Source: Eubacteriales bacterium (GTDB lineage Bacteria; Bacillota; Clostridia; Oscillospirales; CAG-272). Taken from it: DNA of 64,000 nucleotides. The translations under genes were made by a program, and so were the position numbers. A model generated the notes under the pieces. It was not told the DNA's origin, did not search any database, and worked only from the letters and a program-made list of their open reading frames with translations. Each line of letters begins with the position of its first letter. The stretch's first letter is position 1. The stretch lies in assembly GCA_045123975.1 (NCBI GenBank), contig JBGVKV010000071.1:15-64014 (forward strand), read 5' to 3'. Shown piece by piece: positions 51,796-61,162 of this stretch.

Positions 51796-53511
51796 ATGTA
51801 CACCGTGGAATGCAGCGAGAATTTTACTATCAACCACACCGTTAAAAAAGAGGGAGAGATCACCTATATCGATCTTACCGCCCGTGCGGTGGATGCCCCG
51901 GGCAAGCTGAACCTATCTGTCAAGTGGAATTACCCCCTCATCGGTGCCCACATGACGTGGAGCCCCATTCCCTATGCGGTGCGGGGCGTCACCCCCACCT
52001 GGGGCGTGGACAAAACCGAATCCTACGCCATGCGCAGTGCTCCTGTGCGCTCCTACGTGGCGTATGACGATAAAAACGGCATCACCGTGGCCTGCTCCGA
52101 CGCGAAAAACAACGTCTGCATCCAGATGGGACTGAGAGAATCCTGCGCCTGCCTGGCCTGCGGCGTGTTCATCCGGGTGGATTGCGATATTGCGGAGTAT
52201 TCCGCCCGCATCCGCATCGATGAGAGAAGACTTCCCTTCAGCGAGTGTATTGAGGACGTGGCAAAATGGTGGGAAGGCTTTGAGGGATACGAGCCTGCGC
52301 CCGTGCCCGATGCTGCCAGACGGCCCCTGTATTCCACCTGGTATTCCTATCACCAGGGCATCACCCCCGAGGCGCTTCTTCATGAATGCGAATACTTCCA
52401 CGAATTGGGGTGCGATACCATCATCGTGGACGACGGATGGCACACTGCCGTCAAGGGCGGCGTGTACAGCACCTGCGGTGACTGGATCCCCTCGGCGGAA
52501 AAATTCCCCGATATGCGGGCCTTTGCGGATCAGGTCCACAAAATCGGTATGAAGATCATGCTGTGGTACACCGTTCCCTTTATGGGGGAGAACACCATGT
52601 GCTACGAGCATTTCAAGGATAAGATGCTCAAGCCCTACGGCAATCACAAAACCTGGATTCTGGACCCCCGCTATCCCGAAGTCCGGGAATACATCATCGG
52701 CAAATACCGCTCCGCCCTGACGGATTGGGGCATCGACGGCCTCAAATTGGACTTCATCGACAGCTTCGCCCAAAGTGATGTCGTCAAGGACGGCATGGAT
52801 TTCGTGTCCGTCTACGACGCGGTGGATCGGTTGATGAAGGACGTGCTCAAAGAGCTCCGCGCCGTCCGTCCCGACGTGCTGATCGAGTTCCGTCAGACCT
52901 ATATCGGTCCCCTGATGCGTACCTTCGGTAATATGTTCCGCTCCAGCGATACCCCCAACGACAGCTTCGGCAACCGGCTGAACGTGCTCCATCTCCGCCA
53001 GATGAGCGGAAATACCGCCGTCCATTCCGATATGACCATGTGGCATCCCGAGGAATCCGTGGAGAGCGCCGCCTTCCAGCTGACGGGCGTGCTCTTCTCC
53101 GTGCCTCAGATCTCCGTCCGTGAGAGCGGAATCCCGGAGGATCACAAGGCCATGATAAAGGAGTATCTGTCCTTCTGGAATCGCTACCGGGAGGTAATCC
53201 TGGACGGCAAAATGACCTACAAAAACTTCCACGCCAACTATACCTACGTGTCCGCCCGATTGGGCAATACCCAGGTGGGCGCGGTCTACGGCGGCCGTGT
53301 GGCCTATCTGGATGTAATGACGGAGGAGATCGTCCTCGTCAACGCGTCCATGGAGAAAACCATGTGGCTGGACGCCCGTTTCTTCGGAAAATATACCTGT
53401 GTTGTGAAGGATTGCATGGGACAGGAGTGCGGCACGTACGACGTAGTGTTGGGCGAGCCCGCCCGCATCCCCGTCCCCGTCAACGGATACGTCTATATGA
53501 TGAGAAAATAA
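51796..53511 (+). CDS. alpha-galactosidase-like glycoside hydrolase (GH36-type)
   Basis: TIIVDDGWH, GMKIMLWYTVPF and GIDGLKLDFIDSF are spaced as in melibiase-fold enzymes; 571 aa. Confidence 0.65.
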   Translation: MYTVECSENFTINHTVKKEGEITYIDLTARAVDAPGKLNLSVKWNYPLIGAHMTWSPIPYAVRGVTPTWGVDKTESYAMRSAPVRSYVAYDDKNGITVACSDAKNNVCIQMGLRESCACLACGVFIRVDCDIAEYSARIRIDERRLPFSECIEDVAKWWEGFEGYEPAPVPDAARRPLYSTWYSYHQGITPEALLHECEYFHELGCDTIIVDDGWHTAVKGGVYSTCGDWIPSAEKFPDMRAFADQVHKIGMKIMLWYTVPFMGENTMCYEHFKDKMLKPYGNHKTWILDPRYPEVREYIIGKYRSALTDWGIDGLKLDFIDSFAQSDVVKDGMDFVSVYDAVDRLMKDVLKELRAVRPDVLIEFRQTYIGPLMRTFGNMFRSSDTPNDSFGNRLNVLHLRQMSGNTAVHSDMTMWHPEESVESAAFQLTGVLFSVPQISVRESGIPEDHKAMIKEYLSFWNRYREVILDGKMTYKNFHANYTYVSARLGNTQVGAVYGGRVAYLDVMTEEIVLVNASMEKTMWLDARFFGKYTCVVKDCMGQECGTYDVVLGEPARIPVPVNGYVYMMRK

Positions 53512-53537
53512 TCCTCCACTCAGAAAGGAGTTCACTT

Positions 53538-54857
53538 ATGAAAATTACGTTTATGGGTGCGGGAAGTACCGTCTTTTCCAAAAACGTGCTGGGAGATACC
53601 ATGCTGTGCGATTTGTTCCACGACGTGGAAATAGCCCTGTACGACATCGACGCCCAGCGTCTGGAGGATTCCTATCGCCTTATTACGGCGATGAATCGAA
53701 GCATCAACGAAAACCGGGCCACGGTGAAGAAATATCTGGGCGTGGATAACCGGAGGGAGGCTCTTCGCGGGGCGGATTTCGTGGTGAACGCCATTCAGGT
53801 GGGTTTGTACGATCCCTGCACCATCATCGATTTTGAGATTCCCAAAAAATACGGCCTCCGTCAGACCATTGCCGATACGTTGGGCATCGGCGGTATCTTC
53901 CGCGGTCTGCGTACCATCCACGTGATGAAGGATTTCGCACGGGATATAGAGGCGGTATGCCCCAACGCGTGGCTGCTTAACTATACCAATCCCATGGCCA
54001 TCCTCTCGGGATATATGCAGCGGTACACCGGCGTCAAGACCGTGGGACTGTGCCACAGCGTGCAGGTGTGCGCCAAATCTCTTCTGAAGGGAGTGGGAAT
54101 GGAGGAATACCTCCCCGGATGCGTGACAAAGATTGCCGGCATCAACCATATGGCGTGGCTGCTGGAAATCTGCGATAAGGACGGACGGGATCTGTATCCC
54201 GAGATCCGCCGCCGTGCCAGGGAGAAGAATGCCACAGAGAAGCATAGCGATATGGTTCGCTTCGACTATATCGAGAAATTGGGCTACTACTGCACGGAAA
54301 GCAGCGAGCACAACGCGGAATACAATCCCTTCTACATCAAGGCGGGACGGGAGGATCTGATTGAGAAGTTCAACATTCCCCTGGACGAATATCCCCGCCG
54401 CTGTGTGAAGCATATCGAGCGCTGGGCGGCACAGAGAGAAGAATTGATGAACGGGGGCGACGTGCAGCACACCCGCTCCAAGGAGTATGCCTCCCGCATT
54501 ATGGAGGCCATCACCACCGGCAAACCCATCAAGATCGGCGGCAACGTGATCAATCACGGATGCATTTCCAATCTGCCCCCCGAGGCTTGCGTGGAGGTGC
54601 CCTGTATCGTGGATAAAAACGGCATTACGCCCACCTACGTGGGGGATCTGCCCCTGCAGCTGGCGGCTATGAACGCCTCCAATATCTATCCCCAGCTCCT
54701 CACCATTGAGGCGGCCCGCACCGGAAAGATGGAGTACGTATACCAGGCCGCCATGATGGATCCCCACACCGGCGCCCAGCTTTCCACCGACGAGATCGTT
54801 TCCCTGTGCAACGATCTGCGGGAAGCCCACGAGGCGGCCGGATATCCGGTATTTTAA
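53538..54857 (+). CDS. melA: GH4 alpha-galactosidase/alpha-glucosidase (NAD/Mn-dependent)
   Basis: Trimmed to the ATG at 53538 (AAAGGAG RBS). MKITFMGAGSTVF Rossmann N-terminus, GLCHSVQ, INHMAW; 439 aa. Confidence 0.8.
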   Translation: MKITFMGAGSTVFSKNVLGDTMLCDLFHDVEIALYDIDAQRLEDSYRLITAMNRSINENRATVKKYLGVDNRREALRGADFVVNAIQVGLYDPCTIIDFEIPKKYGLRQTIADTLGIGGIFRGLRTIHVMKDFARDIEAVCPNAWLLNYTNPMAILSGYMQRYTGVKTVGLCHSVQVCAKSLLKGVGMEEYLPGCVTKIAGINHMAWLLEICDKDGRDLYPEIRRRAREKNATEKHSDMVRFDYIEKLGYYCTESSEHNAEYNPFYIKAGREDLIEKFNIPLDEYPRRCVKHIERWAAQREELMNGGDVQHTRSKEYASRIMEAITTGKPIKIGGNVINHGCISNLPPEACVEVPCIVDKNGITPTYVGDLPLQLAAMNASNIYPQLLTIEAARTGKMEYVYQAAMMDPHTGAQLSTDEIVSLCNDLREAHEAAGYPVF

Positions 54858-54884
54858 AATTTGCTCCGCAGTAAACAAATAATT

Positions 54885-54917
54885 AACGCCGACAGACTTT
54901 AAAAATCTGTCGGCGTT
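54885..54917 (-). terminator. cassette terminator hairpin, CCGACAGA family
   Basis: AACGCCGACAGA-CTTTAAAAA-TCTGTCGGCGTT, preceded by TCCGCAGTAAACAAATAATT as at 25823-25841. Confidence 0.65.
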
Positions 54918-54947
54918 CGCTATTTGATAAATTGGGATTGGTCTGTT

Positions 54948-55226
54948 TTAGTGTTGTCTGACTTCGTCATAGTATTTTTGGAAACGTTCTTTGTTGAATA
55001 TAAGAATTTTATATTTTTGTCCGTTCTTCATATGGAATGTTGCAATAGGGAATACAACCCATTTCCACGTGAGTTCGGAGATTTCATCAAGCGGTAATAT
55101 AAGATTCCTGTATGCTTTATCTACTGTGAGTTTATTCGTCTTATAAGTAACCGAATTTTCGTCAAGATATAAAGCACCGCCTAATATTCCATTATGGCAT
55201 AGGCTACATATAAATGTTTTTCTCAT
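54948..55226 (-). CDS. hypothetical small protein (AT-rich cassette cargo)
   Basis: 92 aa with GC far below the flanks. No motif recognised. Confidence 0.55.
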   Translation of the reverse strand: MRKTFICSLCHNGILGGALYLDENSVTYKTNKLTVDKAYRNLILPLDEISELTWKWVVFPIATFHMKNGQKYKILIFNKERFQKYYDEVRQH

Positions 55227-55262
55227 ATGAATGACCTCGTCAAATTCTAATGTATCATTCGG

Positions 55263-55292
55263 ATTTATCGCCGGTTTCGACTTTGTATCACA
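55263..55292 (-). other. conserved leader block shared with 26396-26425
   Basis: ATTTATCGCCGGTTTCGACTTTGTATCACA followed by GCTAAGC, as in the other cassette. Confidence 0.7.
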
Positions 55293-55307
55293 GCTAAGCT
55301 ACACCTT

Positions 55308-55316
55308 ATTATAACA
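55308..55316 (-). promoter_or_regulatory. extended -10 (TGTTATAAT) of cassette promoter
   Basis: The same 9-mer at the same relative position as 26609-26617. Confidence 0.45.
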
Positions 55317-55321
55317 CAATT

Positions 55322-55342
55322 CCGCAGAAAATCAATCTGCGG
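55322..55342 (+). terminator. boundary hairpin upstream of cassette promoter
   Basis: CCGCAGA-AAATCAA-TCTGCGG + TTTCTTATTT. Confidence 0.35.
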
Positions 55343-55449
55343 TTTCTTATTTACTGTTTTTTTCTTGTTCACACCTTATGTATTGTTTTCCCACAAAATT
55401 TCCTATATAATGATATCATCCATTCTTATACGATAAAAAGGGTTTGCCA

Positions 55450-58398
55450 ATGAAATACATACATCCAGCCCGCGCCCTGTCTGCGGCTCTGGCGTCCTTC
55501 CTTCTTCTGACGCCCGCAGCCTCTTCCCTGCAGGGATATTCCCCCACCGTCACCGTGATGGTGGATACGGACGGCACCGACGCCGCCTCCCTTCTCTCCC
55601 ATCTCACCGGGGCGGAATTACTGAATGAATACAGCATCATCGATACCTTTGCCGCCACGGTGCGGGAGGATCAGCTGCCTTTGCTGAACTCGCTTCCCGG
55701 GGTTTTGTCTGTCAGCCCGGAAACCACCTTCACCGCACCCCGGGCATCGGGAAAATCCCTCTACGGCCCCGCCGATATCGATATGCGGGATCAGGTGATC
55801 CGCGCGGAGGATCCTCACACGGGCGAGGGATCGGTGATCGCTATTCTGGATACGGGATTTGACGTAACGCACCCCTCCTTTGCGATGCCCAAGGGGATTT
55901 CCCCCGCCATTGAAAAAGAGGATATCCCCACCCTGGCGAAGGACACCTACGTGATCTTCCGGCAAACGAGGGAGAAAATCGAGGAGACCTACGTATCGGC
56001 GAAGATTCCCTTTGCCTACGACTACGCCGACACGGATACGGACGTATACAGCGATCAGAATCACGGCACCCACGTGGCGGCCACCGCCGCCGGATCGGGA
56101 GATTTGTACGGTGCCGCACCCGGCGCACAGCTTCTTCTGATGAAGGTGTTCGCCGACGATACGAATACCTGCGACGAGCAGACCCTTTTGATGGCCATCG
56201 AGGACGCCGTCAAACTGGGCGCTGACGTGATCAATCTCAGCCTGGGCACCATATCCATGTCCTCCACCTATCTGGGAATGGGACGGCTGGCCGGTGCCAT
56301 TCGGGGCGCCCAGAGCAAGGGCGTTACCGTGATCTGTGCCGTGGGCAACGACGGCCGTGCAGGCTCGGGCGGTGCCGCATCGGATTTCTTCCGTGCCACC
56401 GATCCGGATTACGGTCTTCTCAGTGAGCCCGCCGTCATCGACGGCACCGTGGCCGTAGGAGCCGCCGTCAACCGCATTATCTATGCGGGATACGTGGAAT
56501 TGGGCGGCCGGAAAATGGTCTACGATTACTCAAACGAAATGAGTCTGGGACAGATTCCCACCTTCTCGGACGTATTGGGAGGACTCAGCCTGCCCCTGAC
56601 GGTGGTGGGCGGTGTAGGCCGGGAATCCGATTACGAAAATTTGTCCGTCCGCGGACACATCGTGCTGATCCGCCGCGGCGAGATCACCTTTGAGGAGAAG
56701 ATCAAGATCGCCGCCAAGCGGGGTGCCATCGGTGCCATCATCTACGATCCGAATAAGGGAGGAGATTCCTTCCTCATGCAGGTAGGCGCCGATTCTCCCA
56801 TTCCCGCCGTATCCGTGGGATACGCAGACGGCGAGTATCTGTCAAGGCAGAACGGCAAGCGCATCACCGTGTCGGAAAAAGAGGGCGCCTTCCCTGCCGC
56901 GGCCCGCGGCGTGGCGTCTTATTCCGCCTGGGGTTCTTCCTCCGACTTGACTCTAAAGCCGGATATCTCCGCCGTGGGATCCTACGTGATCTCCGCGGCC
57001 GTGGGCGGCGGCTACTCCGTGATGAGCGGTACCTCCATGGCTACACCCCAGATCACCGGTATGGCGGCGGCCTTTATCGCCGAAAATCGGGAAATGATCA
57101 GCGAAATGGACAAGAGCGAGCGTCCCGGCTTTGTAAAAGCGGCGCTGATGTCCCGTGCCGAGCCCCTTCTGTATGAAGACGATATTCCCTATTCCCCGCG
57201 GGGACAGGGGGCCGGTGTGCTCCGCACCCTGCCGGGGGACGTGCTCCTCACCGCTGAGGACGGACGGGGCTCTCTCGTCTTCGGAGATCAGAATACGGGC
57301 GTATTCCCGCTGGCTCTTACCTTGCTGAATCGGGGAGATACGACAAAAACCCTTACCCTGCGCTGTGAAACCGTCACCGATCACGCCATCGAGCGGGACG
57401 GAGTTTGGTACGTGGACGGCACACCGGAGCGTGTGCCCGCCACCACCCGTGTGGAGTTGAACGACCATATCGCCATGGACGAGAGCGGAAATATTCTCTG
57501 CACCCTGGATGCGGGCGAAAGCACGACCGTGTATTTGGAAATCACCGTCGATCCCGCCTATATGGAAAGCCACGGTAAGATTTTCACAAACGGATTTTAT
57601 CTGGAGGGCTACGTTATCGCCGAGGAGGACGGTGTCCACGAAGCCTCCGTTCCCTTCCTCTCCTTTGCGGGAGACTGGACGGCGGCTCCCGCCGTGGACG
57701 GCGGAGATTGGGACGGATACGAGAGCTACTACGGCAATCAGAATATCCACCAGGAGATGACGGGTCCCTCCGTGATCGCCGGACTGACGGACGAGGGCGT
57801 TTTGTCCGAGTTGTTCATGTTCTCCCCCGATGGGGACGGCGATGCGGACCGGATCTTCTGGACGGTATATCCGCTCCGCCATATTGAGAAGTGCGCCGTT
57901 ACCGTATACGGCGAGGGCGGCGATAAGGTCTACGAAAACGAGTCCTATACCCTGCCCAAGAGTTACGTGGATGACGGAAATCTTCTGCATATCATGCTCC
58001 ATTTGTGGGACGGATCCGACGGCTTCAATGAAAAATTCATCTGGCAGGACGGCCGTTACGTGATCGAGGTAAAACTGACCACCTTCAGCGGCGGTACGCA
58101 GACGGTGTCCATTCCCATGCAGATCGATACCGAAAAGCCCCGAATCACCTCCCTTGTGGAGGAGGACGGCGTCCTTTACGCCGCCGTGTCCGATAACGGA
58201 TACTTGCGGGAAGTGAGAATCTATTTGCCTACGGGCTCCGACAGCTACGCTGTCAACGAGATTCTGACCCCCGACTACGATAAAAACGTACATACCGCCG
58301 AAATAGCGGCAGAGCTTCCCACGGATGCGGAATACGTCTACGTCCGGGCGGAGGATTACGCCGGAAACGTGACGGTGGTCCGTCATTATTTGCGATAA
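55450..58398 (+). CDS. secreted S8 subtilisin-family peptidase with PA-domain insert (C5a-peptidase/lactocepin-like)
   Basis: Signal peptide. Catalytic Asp in AILDTGFDVTHPSF, His in HGTHVAATAAG, Ser in SGTSMATPQITG. The ATG at 55450 is preferred over the TTG at 55444. Confidence 0.85.
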   Translation: MKYIHPARALSAALASFLLLTPAASSLQGYSPTVTVMVDTDGTDAASLLSHLTGAELLNEYSIIDTFAATVREDQLPLLNSLPGVLSVSPETTFTAPRASGKSLYGPADIDMRDQVIRAEDPHTGEGSVIAILDTGFDVTHPSFAMPKGISPAIEKEDIPTLAKDTYVIFRQTREKIEETYVSAKIPFAYDYADTDTDVYSDQNHGTHVAATAAGSGDLYGAAPGAQLLLMKVFADDTNTCDEQTLLMAIEDAVKLGADVINLSLGTISMSSTYLGMGRLAGAIRGAQSKGVTVICAVGNDGRAGSGGAASDFFRATDPDYGLLSEPAVIDGTVAVGAAVNRIIYAGYVELGGRKMVYDYSNEMSLGQIPTFSDVLGGLSLPLTVVGGVGRESDYENLSVRGHIVLIRRGEITFEEKIKIAAKRGAIGAIIYDPNKGGDSFLMQVGADSPIPAVSVGYADGEYLSRQNGKRITVSEKEGAFPAAARGVASYSAWGSSSDLTLKPDISAVGSYVISAAVGGGYSVMSGTSMATPQITGMAAAFIAENREMISEMDKSERPGFVKAALMSRAEPLLYEDDIPYSPRGQGAGVLRTLPGDVLLTAEDGRGSLVFGDQNTGVFPLALTLLNRGDTTKTLTLRCETVTDHAIERDGVWYVDGTPERVPATTRVELNDHIAMDESGNILCTLDAGESTTVYLEITVDPAYMESHGKIFTNGFYLEGYVIAEEDGVHEASVPFLSFAGDWTAAPAVDGGDWDGYESYYGNQNIHQEMTGPSVIAGLTDEGVLSELFMFSPDGDGDADRIFWTVYPLRHIEKCAVTVYGEGGDKVYENESYTLPKSYVDDGNLLHIMLHLWDGSDGFNEKFIWQDGRYVIEVKLTTFSGGTQTVSIPMQIDTEKPRITSLVEEDGVLYAAVSDNGYLREVRIYLPTGSDSYAVNEILTPDYDKNVHTAEIAAELPTDAEYVYVRAEDYAGNVTVVRHYLR

Positions 58399-58413
58399 GG
58401 AGGAAGAAAGCGT

Positions 58414-61158
58414 ATGAAAAAACGTACCTGGCTCAGCTTTATTTTGGCCGCCGCTCTTCTTCTTTCCTCCATTCCCGTTCTCTCCGCCGATGAAGGCCTG
58501 GGCGAGTGGATCTTCTACCGGAATCGGGAGGATACGGAGGGGAAAATCTCCTATAATTTGTCAGATTATACAGGAAAAGGAACCTCCGTTGCCGTGATCG
58601 ACGCGGGATTTGACGTGACCCACCCGGTCTTTTCCGCTGCACCCGCGGGGGCCTATCTGCATGAAAATATCATCATCCGCCTGATGGGCGAGGGCCGATA
58701 CGTGTCCGAAAAGATCCCCTTCGCCTGGGATTACGCGGACGGCGACGGCGACGTTTTGAATATTTCCGGTCACGGCACCTCCGCCGCATCTGTGGCGGCG
58801 GGCACGTATATCGGTGCCGGGGATATCAAGCAGGAGGACGGAACGGTCCTCCACGAATCCTCCTTTTACGGATCCGCACCCGACGCCCAGCTTCTTCTGA
58901 TGAAGGCGGCGACGAACGGCTCGGCGAAAATGGACGCGAGGGCGGTCGCCGAGGCTATCCTGGACGCACTCCGTCTGGATGCCTCTGCCATCGTGGTGAA
59001 TACCTACGGCCTTGAAGCCCATAAGGATCTGGCCGAAGCCATTTCCCGTGCCAATGAAATCGGCGTGCCCGTCTTCGCCGGGGCAGGGGATACCTCCCTG
59101 AAATCGCAGGAATTGTCCGTATTGTATACGGATCGAAGCACCCTCACCGCCGCGGCGGATCTTTCCGGCCTTACCCTGATCGGTGCCGTGGGCGATCCCT
59201 ACCGCTACGTGATCCAGTTTGACGTGTACGTGGACGATAACGAGCCCGTGCCGGTAGCCTTCGTGGACTCCTGCGGGGATTATTTCGGCAAATATTTCAC
59301 GGAGTTTTTCGCCGGTCAGGAGATTCCCACCGTGTGGATCCGCGGCTTTGGCTATCCCGAGGAATACGATGGCATTGACGTGGAGGGAAAGCTGGCCGTG
59401 GTAAAACGGGGCGAGATTTCCTTTACGGATAAGGCGAAAAACGCCGCCGAAGCCGGCGCCGTAGGATTGATCGTGGTGGACGCCGGAGACGGCGTATCCC
59501 GTATGGCCCTGGAGGGCGCACCTATTCCCGCCGTAATGGTGGAGGCCGAGCCCGGCGTCATCTTCTCCGACGGCGGTGCCGTTCGCGTGGTGTTCCCCGA
59601 GGGGAAAACCACCGTGGCTTCGTTCTCCGCCTCCGGTATGAATACCAATCTGCGTAACACCGTGTCGTTTTTGTGCGACGGCGAGGGAATCTCCGCCGCC
59701 GTTCACGCGGCCCTCTCCGACGGGCGTAATTTCGCCGAGGTGAAGGGTACCGATTACGCCGCCGCCAAGGCAGCGGGATATGCGGCATGCGTGGCACAGT
59801 ACTGCTACAGCTATGAATTGCAGCCCCGGGACGTTCTGCCGCTGCTCACCGCCGCCGCCGCCCCTCTCACCGATGAGGATGGGGATCGGCTGTCTCCCCG
59901 CCTGGCCGGCGCGGGATACGTACATGGGGAATGTGTGATCCCCCGGGTGTACGTGGTCAGCGATACCGGCCGTCCTGTGTCCGCCGTGGGCAATCCCGCC
60001 TACGGAACCGCCTATGCGGATCTGATCATCCGCCAGCCGGGTGAGGAAAGCGAAAAGTATACCCTCAGCGGTATCGTTTTCGGCGACGGATGGGAAGAGA
60101 AGGAGGGCGTGACGCGCCTGACGGGGGATGTGGATCCCCTCGCGCAGGCGGAATTGTCCCTGAGCGACTCCCGACGGAATATGAATACTGCTTCGGAGAA
60201 CGCGCAACCCGTCACCTTCACGGTGGAAGGGGAGGAGCGGATCGCCATCAGTATCCGCTTGCCCAGGGAAGCAACGGAAGAGTATGAATCCGTGTTCTCG
60301 TGCGGCTATTATCTGGATGCCTTCGTGATCCTGACGGACGGGGAAGGGAAGGAGATCATCCATCCCATCACCGCCTTTGTGGGCGATTGGGGTGCATCTC
60401 CTCTGATGGATTTTACCGTATATGACGATACACCCGCATTGCGGCAGAAGACGTATTTGTCCGTGCTTTCCATCAATGGAGAAACGGATATTCCCATCGG
60501 CGTGGACGATCCCACCCGTTTCCCCGGGCAGATCTACGATACCGCCTACAATATTATCCCCGCCGACGGCAGTACCCTCGTTTTGTCCCTTTCCGCCCTG
60601 AGAGATATCGATCGGATGTATCTTACCGTCACCGATTCCGAGGGCAGGGTGATCCTTTCGCGGGAAATGGACGGAGTGAGCCGCTCCGCCGATAAGAATC
60701 ATACCGTACCCCTGTGGGATTTCATCGCCGAGGATAACGACGAGTACGTATTCCCCGATGGAGAATATACGGTGGAGATCAAAGCCAAAACCTCCTTCGG
60801 TGAGCTGGGAAATGGGGAAAATGTGATGAAATTCCCCGTGGTACTGGACAGCTGCCGCCCCGGTGTGGTATCCTATACCGTAGCAAAGGATAAAAACGGC
60901 ACGCCCTATCTGTCCGTTGCGGCACAGGACGACGTGCGTCTGGCCACCGTCTTCGCCTACGACGGCGCCTATTCCTATATTCCCGCCGAGGGAATGTGGG
61001 GCTTTACCGATACGGATTCCGTTACCGCAAAAATAGACATCAGCGGATACGATTATCTGGATCCCCTGTACATTCACGTCAGCGATTACGCCGGCAATAC
61101 GACCATCCTTCGCCTTACCTCCGAGTATGTCCGTGCCGCCCTGGGCGGGGAGGAGTGA
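58414..61158 (+). CDS. S8-like paralog lacking the catalytic serine (predicted inactive)
   Basis: Signal peptide. VAVIDAGFDVTHPVF and GHGTSAAS are retained, but the Ser motif reads KGTDYAAAKAAG, with an Asp codon at 59752-59754 where GTS is expected. Confidence 0.75.
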   Translation: MKKRTWLSFILAAALLLSSIPVLSADEGLGEWIFYRNREDTEGKISYNLSDYTGKGTSVAVIDAGFDVTHPVFSAAPAGAYLHENIIIRLMGEGRYVSEKIPFAWDYADGDGDVLNISGHGTSAASVAAGTYIGAGDIKQEDGTVLHESSFYGSAPDAQLLLMKAATNGSAKMDARAVAEAILDALRLDASAIVVNTYGLEAHKDLAEAISRANEIGVPVFAGAGDTSLKSQELSVLYTDRSTLTAAADLSGLTLIGAVGDPYRYVIQFDVYVDDNEPVPVAFVDSCGDYFGKYFTEFFAGQEIPTVWIRGFGYPEEYDGIDVEGKLAVVKRGEISFTDKAKNAAEAGAVGLIVVDAGDGVSRMALEGAPIPAVMVEAEPGVIFSDGGAVRVVFPEGKTTVASFSASGMNTNLRNTVSFLCDGEGISAAVHAALSDGRNFAEVKGTDYAAAKAAGYAACVAQYCYSYELQPRDVLPLLTAAAAPLTDEDGDRLSPRLAGAGYVHGECVIPRVYVVSDTGRPVSAVGNPAYGTAYADLIIRQPGEESEKYTLSGIVFGDGWEEKEGVTRLTGDVDPLAQAELSLSDSRRNMNTASENAQPVTFTVEGEERIAISIRLPREATEEYESVFSCGYYLDAFVILTDGEGKEIIHPITAFVGDWGASPLMDFTVYDDTPALRQKTYLSVLSINGETDIPIGVDDPTRFPGQIYDTAYNIIPADGSTLVLSLSALRDIDRMYLTVTDSEGRVILSREMDGVSRSADKNHTVPLWDFIAEDNDEYVFPDGEYTVEIKAKTSFGELGNGENVMKFPVVLDSCRPGVVSYTVAKDKNGTPYLSVAAQDDVRLATVFAYDGAYSYIPAEGMWGFTDTDSVTAKIDISGYDYLDPLYIHVSDYAGNTTILRLTSEYVRAALGGEE

Positions 61159-61162
61159 TCCT

